Under the pieces are notes generated by a model. It was not told where the DNA came from. It worked only from the letters and a program-made list of their open reading frames with translations, and ran no database searches. This document shows positions 49,874-60,578 of a DNA stretch of 64,000 bases, one piece after another; position 1 is the stretch's first letter; every line of letters starts with the position of its first letter. The stretch spans positions 28,426 through 92,425 of the forward strand of contig NW_021833271.1 in the NCBI RefSeq assembly GCF_006345805.1, given 5' to 3'. The translations under genes and the position numbers were made by a program. Source of the stretch: Octopus sinensis. Lineage: Eukaryota.

Positions 49874-50126
49874 TTAATTTTAGATACCATGCACTACACA
49901 CTGAAATAATAAGTTTTGCATTTTCCATTTCTTTTCTTAAAGGTACTGAAAATAATTATGCAACTATTCCAGATGAAGCTCTCAGTAAGTATAATTAACA
50001 CCAAATGACAAATAATTTTGCATTGGTTTCAATGTTTGGCACAAGGCCAGCAATTTTTTAGGAGGTAGAAATCAATTTCATCAACCCCATTGCTCAATCT
50101 GTACTTACTTTATGTGTATGTGTGTA

Positions 50127-50172
<46 letters not shown>

Positions 50173-50222
50173 ATTGAAGAAATGGAGTTGAACGAAGATT
50201 GAATAGAAATCGTTTTATTGCA

Positions 50223-50302
50223 TTCTACACGTGTTTCGAAAGGCACAATTTACCAAATTCCGATTGAATAATGAGACCATATTGTGTCTTTCTCTTCAGG
50301 AA
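50223..50302 (-). ncRNA. Hammerhead ribozyme, inverted copy
   Basis: Exact reverse complement of 52818-52897. Confidence 0.8.
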
Positions 50303-50482
50303 GAAATAGGAAATCCGTTGGAAAAAACAAAAACAGAACAGAGGCGGAGCAAAACAAATCGAACAAGGCTCCTAAGAGCCCATGGCCAAACTGTTTATCA
50401 ATGTATGTTGAAAACGGGTGGTGGGTGCGTTGAAGATTTTAACGGGTCAGGCAGCGGTCATTCCGGTGTGTGAGGGCATGGG

Positions 50483-52243
50483 GTGCCTATGGGTAGTTCG
50501 GATAGTGCGCAGATAGCCGATTTGGTCGGAATATATATTCTCTACGAATTGTCTGACCAATTCCCGGAGATCGCGGGCGGCCTGTATCGTGACGATTGTC
50601 TGTTTTACCTGCAAAACACCACGAACAGAATAGTGCAGAAAACTAAGAGCAGGTTAGCTAGGTTTTTTAATAGAATGGGCATGAATATAGTTTTTGATAA
50701 TGAACTCACCAAGGCTAATTTCCTAGACGTTACACTTAACCTTAATAGCGACTCATACTGCCCTTACCATAAGCCTTCTACTAATTTGAAGTATGTCAGT
50801 GTCTTCTCCAATCATGCCAAAACCGTAACAGACAATTTGGTTAAAAACATCTCTCTAAGATTGTCTGGCTTGTCCGCTAGTGCCGATATTTTTATGCAGA
50901 AAGCGGAATTTTATAACGCCGCACTATCCAAGGCCGGTTATAGGCAGAAGGTAATTTATATTGATCCGGCCCTTCCGATGCCATCATTCGGTCATCAGGA
51001 TAGGGCCGTCTATAATAACATAAACAATTTAAGTAGTGACGGGAGCGCGACGGGTGCTGGGGCAGTCGCTCTCGCATTTAATTTAGCGAACAAGGATAAT
51101 TATCGGTCCGGGGGATCTCACACTAACCCAAAACCCGTTATTCATCCGAGAATCACCCACCCGAATGCGAGAGCTGGCGTCCCGACCCACCACATAAATA
51201 GGAATAAGCATATATGGTTTGTAATTCCCTTTGGTAAGCAGATTAGAACTAACCTCCCCCTCATGTTTCGACAAGCCATCGCCAATAACTTCCCCAGAAA
51301 TTCCAAATATTACTCCACGGTTAACTCGCATAAAGTTAGGATAGCTTTCTCCAACACTAAAAACCTCGCCTAGATAATCGCCTCCCATAATAATAGGCTG
51401 CTTACTAAGACCCTATCACCTTTTTCCGGAGGCACAGCTTCTTCCGCTCCCGGTTTAATGCTCAGTAGGAATAATAATAGTAGCAATAATGATATGAGAG
51501 CCAGTACAGTGACTCATAATCTCAGCTCCAACCAGGGATTATATGCTAGGGGTATAGTTATAAATAAGGGTGTTGTCATTGACGGTAGCAATGGCAGTAG
51601 TGAGGTGAGCGCAGCTCGGCTCGTTAGGGTAGAGAGTCCCAATAGCAACTCCAGCATCGTTTCCGGCAATAGCAGCACCACGGGCACTAGCAATGACAGC
51701 ACTCTGATTGATAGTGTAGAATCAGGGGTTATTCCGTTAGTTAACAGTGACGTAGTGGAAAATAAAGTAGTAAGCGGCTGCAGTTCTCGCAACAAATATA
51801 GTGACAGTAACACAGTTCTAATTTCAGAAACTAATCCTAACAGAATAAGGTTCACGTCGGTGAACTCCAAGATCAGAAGCGCCGTCTACCAATGCAAGGT
51901 TTACACGGACTCAGATGTCTACGCTTATGTCGGGGCCTCATCGTCAAGATTGGCCTTACGAATCTCCAACCATTACGCAACTTTTCGAGACGTGAATAAA
52001 CGCCAGACCACGGGACTTAGCAAGCTAATATGGCGATTGAAGAATACGAACTCAAGCTACAGGCTGGAATGGTCAATTTTGTCGGTGGCCCTCCCATTTG
52101 ACAGGGGCAGAAGGAAGTGCAACCTTTGTGTCTCCGAACTCTTCCATATATTGTTCGCCAGAGACCGGATGGTAAACGGACTTTTACAGTCGGCTTTTCG
52201 ATGCCCCCATTGGCGGCGTTATACTTATCTTGCTTATAAATAA
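50483..52243 (+). pseudogene. Penelope RT C-terminal half + GIY-YIG endonuclease; one in-frame TAG at 51371-51373
   Basis: GVPMGSSDSAQIADL, GGLYRDDCL, NFLDVTL and YHKP, then AVYQC...YAYVGASS..RISNH...CNLCVSE...RCPH. ORFs 50483-51373 and 51458-52243 share one frame. Confidence 0.92.
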
Positions 52244-52817
52244 CGCTTATAAATAATACCTGCACCCGGTTACACTACTTATATGAAAATAGCCCTTGGT
52301 AATAAATTCTGAAAGAGCTTTTAAGAGAAATATGATTAACCATTGCAAGGGGAATTACTCCTGGGAGACGAATGGTGTTTTATTTTTGACGACGGGGGGT
52401 TTCTTTGACAAGGCATGATTAGACGAACACACGCACACATAAAATATTTTCTACCCCCTGACGGATTTCTCAGCAGTGACCAGAGTGTAGCGCTTCTTAC
52501 CAACTTGCGGCCGCACATATATAGAACAGTACACACACACATGTTTCTAAGTAGATTTTGTCTCGCCCCATATAATACACCTAATATTCTTTAAATAGTC
52601 AGAACTTTAGTCTCGGTCACAAAGAACATCTACGCACCCTGTGCCCTCACCCACCGGAATGACCGCTGCCTGACCCGTTAAAATCTTCAACGCACCCACC
52701 ACCCGTTTTCAACATACATTGATAAACAGTTTGGCCATGGGCTCTTAGGAGCCTCGTTCGATTTGTTTTGCTCCGCCTCTGTTCTGTTTTTGTTTTTTCC
52801 AACGGATTTCCTATTTC

Positions 52818-52897
52818 TTCCTGAAGAGAAAGACACAATATGGTCTCATTATTCAATCGGAATTTGGTAAATTGTGCCTTTCGAAACACGTGTAGAA
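52818..52897 (+). ncRNA. Type I hammerhead ribozyme in the Penelope terminal repeat
   Basis: TTC-CTGAAGA-[GAAAGACACAAT...ATTGTGCCTTTC, 11 of 12 pairs]-GAAAC-ACGT-GTA^-GAA. Predicted cleavage is after 52894; AATAAA follows at 52901. Confidence 0.85.
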
Positions 52898-53123
52898 TGC
52901 AATAAAACGATTTCTGTTCAATCTTCGTTCAACTCCATTTCTTCAATTCACTAATAATATTAAAATTCAATTATCCGCACCAACGCACGGTTGCAACACC
53001 ATATGGTTGTACCTCCAACCGTGCTGTCTTCTGCTGTGATTTTGCTACCAAGGTATCGGTTAAACTTTTGATTAATCTGCAACAAGATTATTCATCTTTC
53101 TATTTCACAAAATATATATATAT

Positions 53124-54600
53124 ATACGCACACAATTTGACCAAAAGTCACCCAAAAGTAAATCAAATTTCCATAAATACTCTCTGCTGTAATTCTGTAT
53201 TGACTCAAATGGAAAAATGTGTCACTCAAGAAGGTCTTCAGTTTGAACAATTTCCATGATGTTTTACATTTAGTTGCTTTTATTAAACCCATTCAGTTGT
53301 TAAACATAAGTAAATCTTGGAATTAAATGGTTTTGATTTGCTGTCCAGTGATTTTGGCCAGCCCTTAACGCATTGGGCTGAGGAATAATTCATAGGTCTT
53401 TTCTTCACATTTAACAATGTGCACGGAAATAAAATACATTGGCAAAACCTTTTATGTTATTTGAGAGAAATTTCTGCTCAACAAGATGAATTTTGATTTT
53501 TTAAATTTTATTGATTTTTGTGCATTTTCAGATCATTAAAATGCACTTTCAAGAGGTAAAAAACTTAGCATTTTCCACACCATTTGCTTTTTCATTTAAT
53601 CAATTTGTTAATCCTGCCAAAGCTGCTTTTGAGATTTGTCCTGTGTATTGAGAAGGAGCAATTTCTCAAACTACTACCCACCATTGGTTTTTGAGCTTCA
53701 AAAATGGGAATTTTGACCTCAAGGATGGATTACACAGCAGTCAACCAATTCAGTTCAATGAAGAGTGATTGAATCATCTTCATCACAAAAATTCACATAA
53801 ATATGAACTTACTGTGCTTTGAAACACATCTTATATATATATGTACACACACACACACATATATATATATATACGCACACAATTTGACCAAAAGTCACCC
53901 AAAAGTAAATCAAATTTCCATAAATACTCTCTGCTGTAATTCTGTATTGACTCAAATGGAAAAATGTGTCACTCAAGAAGGACTTCAGTTTGAACAATTT
54001 CCATGATGTTTTACATTTAGTTGCTTTTATTAAACCCATTCAGTTGTTAAACATAAGTAAATCTTGGAATTAAATGGTTTTGATTTGCTGTCCAGTGATT
54101 TTGGCCAGCCCTTAATGCATTGGGCTGAGGAATAATTCATAGGTCTTTTCTTCACATTTAACAATGTGCACGGAAATAAAATACATTGGCAAAACCTTTT
54201 ATGTTATTTGAGAGAAATTTCTGCTCAACAAGATGAATTTTGATTTTTTAAATTTTATTGATTTTTGTGCATTTTCAGATCATTAAAATGCACTTTCAAG
54301 AGGAAAAAAACTTAGCATTTTCCACACCATTTGCTTTTTCATTTAATCAATTTGTTAATCCTGCCAAAGCTGCTTTTGAGATTTGTCCTGTGTATTGAGA
54401 AGGAGCAATTTCTCAAACTACTACCCACCATTGGTTTTTGAGCTTCAAAAATGGGAATTTTGACCTCAAGGATGGATTACACAGCAGTCAACCAATTCAG
54501 TTCAATGAAGAGTGATTGAATCATCTTCATCACAAAAATTCACATAAATATGAACTTACTGTGCTTTGAAACACATCTTATATATATATGTACACACACA
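53124..54600. repeat. 747-bp near-identical tandem duplication
   Basis: atacgcacacaatttgaccaaaagtcacc starts at 53124 and 53871, and the copies differ at only a few bases. The first ~110 bp also occur at 49663-49775. Confidence 0.95.
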
Positions 54601-54611
54601 CACACACACAC

Positions 54612-54643
<32 letters not shown>

Positions 54644-54741
54644 CTTTATTTAAAGCAGCAGAATATTCAACAAAATCTGTTACTCATTGGAGGCATCTAC
54701 ATCATTTTGACAGCCTCCAGAGAAGCATACATACACATGCG

Positions 54742-54775
<34 letters not shown>

Positions 54776-56169
54776 CACACACACACATATACATATATAT
54801 ATACACACACACACGTTCGTGCTGTCTACTTGACCTCCACTCTCATATCTTCTTCCATTCTGTATTTATAGTGATGATACTTCAGAATCAGGGATGCTGG
54901 TGTGTAAGGTTGTAAGAGTTTGGGAGAAAAGGAGGTGAATACAAACCATGGAATGAAACAGGTCAAATGAACATAGGAGTTTTAATAAATCATGAACAGG
55001 GAAAGGATTTACGTATAGAAGGGGACACAGTAAGAAAAAGGAATAGATGCTGACTGGAAATAGTACAAAGGAAAGGAAGTGGCAACTCACAGTACAGAGA
55101 TGGCAATATGTATGGTATAAATGTATGGTGTATTCTATTTTTGTCTCTTACAGCAGCAGCATAGCACTTTCGACAGGAGAATGATGGAGGGCTCATTATA
55201 GGGTCATGAGTTGTGGGGCTGGCAGTTGTGATTAGTGGGGAAATTAAGAAAGGGATACCAATTTGAAGGGTGGAGGATCATTTGTGGTAGGAACCTGGAA
55301 TGGATGTCTGTTGGAAGTGGCAGCAGATGTAAGATGTGGTGAGTAGTGGAAAAAGGGAAAATCAATAACAACAGTGGAGGTTAGCTCATTGATGGTAAGG
55401 ATAAAGGAGAAATGTCAATAGGAGGTGAACCATACTTAGGAGATGTTTTTAATGGCAGGAAGAGGAAATGTGAAGAAGAGAAAGATACTGTTTAGAAGAG
55501 CTGATTTAGTTCGGTTTCTTGGGGTAGCATGTGTGAAAACATTGTTGCATATAAAATATACACTATATAATAATTTGCTTGTTTGTTCACCTGTTATACT
55601 TTAGTTTGTTAGAGAGGTGGAAATGGAATGAGTGAGAGGTTCAGTAAAAGTGAGAGAGAGAGGGAGAAATGTGAGTAGAGAAGCAAGAAGAAGAGAGGAG
55701 TATAATAATACACTAAGGTCAAATGCATCACGTAGTTAGTTGAAGGGGGAGGCAAAGAGCAAGACACAAATACGATGAGAGGAAAGTGGGAGAGAGAGAG
55801 AAGTGTTAATGACATACTGTAGGGTGGAAAGAGAAAGAGGGAAATGTTAAAGACATGAAGATGGGAATTACATGGTTAAAATGTTTGTTGAAGAGGTAGA
55901 GAGAAAGAGAGAAATATAAGGTGCTTAGCAGAAGGAAATTTCAAAATCATATACTATTTTGCAACTGGAAGTGAAATCACTTAGCAAAATACAAATAACA
56001 ATCATCCTTTCTTTCTTAAATAGCTTTGCTTAATCTCTTTCGTTCTGTGGAATTTCCACAGATCTCACTAGTATTTTATTTTTTTTAGTTACTTTTTGTA
56101 CAATATCAAAATATTAAAACTATCCTCTCCAAACAATAAATGTGCACATCTTTCTATAATTTTTTGAAG

Positions 56170-56229
56170 CTAATGAAGAGCAATATGCTGAAGCTAGTGG
56201 GCCCAGTTATTTAGAATTGAAACCAGCAG
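56170..56229 (+). CDS. IgSF receptor cytoplasmic exon F1 (60 nt, tyrosine motifs YAEA and YLEL)
   Basis: tttttgaAG acceptor, CAG|GTAAGT donor, phase 1-1. Reads NEEQYAEASGPSYLELKPA. Paralogous copy at 58617. Confidence 0.8.
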
Positions 56230-56449
56230 GTAAGTATAAACAATATTGTTAGTACACAGCATGATCTTAGAAATTATCTTAAACATTAACAGAAAGCTAA
56301 CAGTCATGAAATGTATCATTCTCTAACTTTTATCTTTTAATATGTGTGTATGAGTGTGTTTGAGTCTGTCTCATTAGCATTTATTATTGTAGTATCAACA
56401 CAATACTAACATAACGCTATTTATTGTTTTTATTTCTAATTTTTTAAAG

Positions 56450-56491
56450 ACATGAAGATTTCTTACGTTAATGTTTCAAGGAAACCTGATG
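56450..56491 (+). CDS. IgSF receptor cytoplasmic exon G1 (42 nt, ISYVNV)
   Basis: T-rich tract + AAG acceptor, G|GTAAGT donor, phase 1-1. Reads (D)MKISYVNVSRKPD. Confidence 0.8.
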
Positions 56492-56593
56492 GTAAGTATA
56501 TAAGCAATCGAATAATAAAATTTCATTCATTAGAGCAAGAGTTAGCAAAATTTTGGTTCACTCTTTCTTTGAGTAGTAGAGGCAGCTTAATGC

Positions 56594-56951
56594 ATGTCTT
56601 TCATTTGTTCCAGTCATTGGACTGCAGCCATGCTAAGGCACCACTTTCAAGGGTTCAGTCCAACAAATCCACCCGAGTACTTATTATTTTTAAGCCTTTT
56701 ACTTATTCTATTGGTTTCTTTTGCTAAACTGCTAAGTTATGTGGATGTGAACAAACCAACACAATTGTCAAGTGGTGATGGGAATCAAACGCAAAGGCAC
56801 ACACACTCCCTTATATATATACCAAATCCATTCACAAGATTTTGGTCAGCCCAGGATTATAGCAGAATACACTCGCCCAATGTGCCTCATCATATGACGA
56901 AACCCAGACCCATGTGTTTGGAAATTAAACTTCTTACCTCACAGCCACACC
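56594..56951 (-). mobile_element. tRNA-derived SINE with a 3' tail shared with the CR1/L2-group LINE
   Basis: The head (rc) ggtgtggctgtgaggtaagaagttt matches 26958. The tail tttgttccagtcattggactgcagccatgctaaggcacc resembles the LINE tail ttgtttcagccatccggctgaggccatgctggggcaccgcc (27928-27968). It is absent from the duplicate cassette. Confidence 0.75.
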
Positions 56952-57947
56952 TAAAAACCTTTCAAAATATTAAAATTCCATTGCATATACGATAAACTTC
57001 TTACAGATATTCCTATTTAACTCTGATATTTTACCTTTTTATCAATCCTTACCCTTAATGATGTAGTTCATAAAAATTTATTTTGTAAGCGTTAATTTGT
57101 ACAAAAAAATCCAAATAATTAAGTAATAATGAATTCAGTAGATATTTGCCAAGGCATGAGACACAATGAATGGGAATAAATTTGCAATAGTAAATGTGAT
57201 TAACTGTTCTCCTCCAGTATCCAAAATCACTCCTGTTTATTTATAACTCTAGCAAGAAATTTATCTTAGAAAAACCCTTATTGCTCTAAACATATTTGTG
57301 AATAGCTTCCCTTAATGTTAATATCAGAACCAAATATTGAATTGATGGAAATAGTACATACTGTACTAAATATTGACAATTAAATTAGTGTTAGTACATT
57401 CTGAGATTATATCCTAGAGAAGTACACTTTGTACAATCAGCCTCTCAATAAGTTCTACTTTTACAAAATCATTAGCACACTCAGCATCCAAACTCTATCT
57501 ACTAATCCCTACAGAACACTGAAGAGATGGAGGATATTGTGGCCTCTTGGCAGAAACGGCCGTAAGGAACTGATATTTTATGTTTTACTTGTATATATTT
57601 GTGTAGCACACAGTCTTTGAATGTGTATGTATTTTTATAATACTCCCTTTTGTTTTGGAATAGATAGACTTAATAGAATGCCTACTGGCTGATCTATGTA
57701 ATTTTTGTATCCCCTCCATTTTCTTTTTGCCGGATATATATATATCATTCGCCATGATAGATCGCGAGCCACTAAACCTTTTTTATTTTCTCTCCCTCTT
57801 TTTATATTCGGTCCCTGTTTTTTCTGTGTTCCTTTCTGTCAGAGAGCATATGCTCGAAACGTAAAAGACTTTCTCACTTCCTGAGCATTAAACATCTGTT
57901 TGTTGTTTACACACCCATCTTTGTCTTTTGTTTTTTTTTGTAAATTC

Positions 57948-58004
<57 letters not shown>

Positions 58005-58137
58005 GAGTGGAAAATTTACTGGTAAGTGTGTTAAATAATAAGGCAATAAAAGAGAATGACTCTCCCCAGACACCACAAAATATGCTTCAACACACAAACT
58101 CATATAAAGAATTTTGCAAACCAAATACAAAAATGAA

Positions 58138-58470
58138 GAATAGAAATGGCTTTTCTGATAATTTTTCCACTTCAATAATTAGATGTTTATAAGTTTACAA
58201 TCAGGTAACACCTGAATTCAGTTAGTCAACTAAAGCATGATTTAGGGCAGTTGTTGAGGCTATTGCTTTTGCTTTCCTTTTTCTTGAAGGTTTCCACAAC
58301 AACAGTCCAGGAAGGAACTACAAAAAGAAAAGGAAAGCAGAAGCGATGGCCTCAGCAACTGCCCTCACCCATGCTTTGGGTAACTATTTGAATTCAAGAG
58401 TTACCTTTTTCTAAACTTATAAACACCTAATTATTAAAGTGGAAAATTATCAGAAAAGCCATTTCTATTC
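58138..58470. mobile_element. Foldback/MITE-like inverted repeat (second, truncated copy at 59867-60148)
   Basis: gaatagaaatggcttttctgataattttt...gctttccttttt is mirrored by aaaaggaaagc...aaattatcagaaaagccatttctattc. Confidence 0.85.
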
Positions 58471-58616
58471 AGTTTTTCAGATATCTAATACTGTACCAAG
58501 GGCTTTCTATTTCTTTTTCTACTATCTACATATAGCTGCTACTTTCTGTGTATCATCAAAATATTTAAATCACACCCTCCAAACAATAAATATGCCTTTC
58601 ATTTTATTTCTTGATG

Positions 58617-58676
58617 CTGTGGAAGAACAATGTGCTGAGGTTAGCGAGCCGAAATATTTAGAAATGGGACAACGAA
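58617..58676 (+). CDS. IgSF receptor cytoplasmic exon F2 (duplicate of F1; acceptor altered)
   Basis: VEEQCAEVSEPKYLEMGQR with A|GTAAGT donor. The position equivalent to the acceptor reads gATG instead of gAAG. An in-frame AG exists at 58624-58625. Confidence 0.6.
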
Positions 58677-58910
58677 GTAAGTACAATCAATATTGCATGA
58701 TCTTAGAACCTATCTTTAAAATAAACAGACAGTGAACTATTACGAAATATGTCACTCTCTAACTTTTGTCTATTAATATGCATGTATGTATGTGTGAGTG
58801 TGTTTGAGTCTATCTCATTAGTATTTATTATGGTAGAATCAGTACACAGCTATCTTAATTTAAATATTATTTATAGCCATGCTATTTGTTCTTTTTTTCA
58901 TTTCTTAAAG

Positions 58911-58952
58911 ACACGGATGGTACTTACGTTAACGTTTCAAAGAAACCTGCTG
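58911..58952 (+). CDS. IgSF receptor cytoplasmic exon G2 (42 nt, YVNV)
   Basis: ctttttttcatttcttaaAG acceptor, G|GTAAGT donor, phase 1-1. Reads TDGTYVNVSKKPA. Confidence 0.78.
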
Positions 58953-60436
58953 GTAAGTATATAAGCAATTTATTAACAAAAAATTACATTCATTGGAGCA
59001 AGATTAGCAAATAGTTTGGCTCATTCTTTCTTTGGGTAGAATATGCAGCTTAATATATATGTATGATTGAAATTAAAACTTTGAAGGTGTTAAAATTTCA
59101 TTGCATATGCAAAGAACTTCTTGCAAACATTCATATGTAACTTATATTTTACACCTTTATTTATCTTACCTTTATTAATGCAGTTCATATGCATATATTT
59201 TTAAAGTTTTATTTAAACAAATAACCCAAATTGGTATACAACTAATATTGAATTCAGTAGATACTTGCTTAGACATGAGACACAAAAAATGGAACAGATT
59301 TCCAAAGGTAAATGGGATCAGCTTTTCCCCTTCAGTATCCAAAATCACTCCTGCTTATGGATAACTCTAACAAGAATGTAATCTCAGAAAAACCCTTATT
59401 GCTCTAAACATATTTGTGAATGGCTTCTCTTAATGGTAATATCACCACCAAATATTGAAGTGAGGGAAAAAGTACAAACTGTACTAAATATTGACAGAAT
59501 TAAATTTACTGTTAGTACATTCTGAGATTATATCCCAGTGAAGTAAATTTTGTACATTCAGCCTCTCAATAAGTACTACTTTTACATAACCATTAGCATT
59601 TTTCTTGTAGAATAGAATTTTGGGTGCCACTTTACTAAGGAACCCTCTTTCCAAAGTCTAAGTTTGAAATGTCATATTAACCAAAATTACTCTTTGTTTA
59701 CTCTTGTTCATACCAAATAGATTTATTAGCCAATACTTTTCTTTTATGCAATATGTAAATAAGAGGATGAAGAACATATTCAGTACATGGACTCTGACTG
59801 GATTTAAGTATTTTTTGTTTCTAAATACATATATGTGGATATATATAATTATATTTGAAGAAAAAAGAATAGAAATGGCTTTTCTGATCATTTTTCCACT
59901 TCAATAATTAGATGTTTATAAGTTTACAAACAGGTAACTCCTGAATTCAGTTAGTCAAACAAGACATGGGTGAGGGCAGTTGTTGAGGCCATTGCTTCTG
60001 CCTTCCTTTTTTCTTGAAGGTCCTTCCACAGCAACAGGCCAGTAAAGAACTTTAGAAAAGGAAAGCAGAAGCGATGGCCTCAGCAACTGCCCTCACCCAT
60101 GCCTTGGTTGACTATCTGAATTCAAGAGTTACCTTTTTCTAAACTTATCCACATCAGATCTTGTTTGTTTCATTCATAAAATCTGCATCTCTTAAAAGGA
60201 AGTCAAATATCTGAAAATCGGTTATATTGATGTAGTTTACATGCTTATTCCTGTGAAGCCATGTACTTGTGGAGAAAAAATTTGATGAAAACTTTAAAAA
60301 AAACTGTGTATTTTTAGCCAATAGTGAGACAGAAATTTTCTGTGATGTAGCATTCTCAACTTAGTGGTGTCAATTTTAATGTTTTACCCTGTGAAATTTA
60401 TAGTTTAGCATCTGTGAAATGACCTGTTCATTGTAG

Positions 60437-60462
60437 GTTTCGAAATAAACAGAAATACCTGA
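60437..60462 (+). CDS. Possible terminal coding exon of the IgSF receptor
   Basis: ctgttcattgtAG acceptor. A phase-1 join gives (G)FEINRNT* followed by AT-rich sequence. There is no independent support. Confidence 0.3.
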
Positions 60463-60578
60463 TGAAGTCAACATCTATCATCTTACTGTTTCTTTTCTCT
60501 CTTCATTGATTTCTGTATGTTTTGTATATTTTTTAAATTTTTATTTTTATTTGTTATATTAATATAAGTGAATAATTC

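Larger units (their letters stand above)
50167..53110 (+). mobile_element. Penelope-like retroelement, 5'-truncated, with inverted terminal repeat (50167-50487 / 52634-52953)
   Basis: The RT + GIY-YIG frame lies between ~320-bp inverted arms that differ at only a few positions. The element is inserted between (TA)n runs. Confidence 0.95.

Noticed and set aside
49633-49998. YIYIYI/HTHT/CVCV ORFs here and throughout the window
   Set aside because: They are translations of (TA)n, (CA)n and (TG)n microsatellites.
50231-50473. 80-aa ORF present twice (also 52647-52889, minus strand)
   Set aside because: It is the antisense reading of the Penelope inverted terminal repeat, starts at GTG and has no protein motif.
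57836-57870. Hammerhead-like string ctgtcaga-gagc(atat)gctc-gaaac-gta
   Set aside because: Stem II and GAAAC-GUA are present, but the core is not CUGANGA and stem III has no loop. At best it is a decayed relic.
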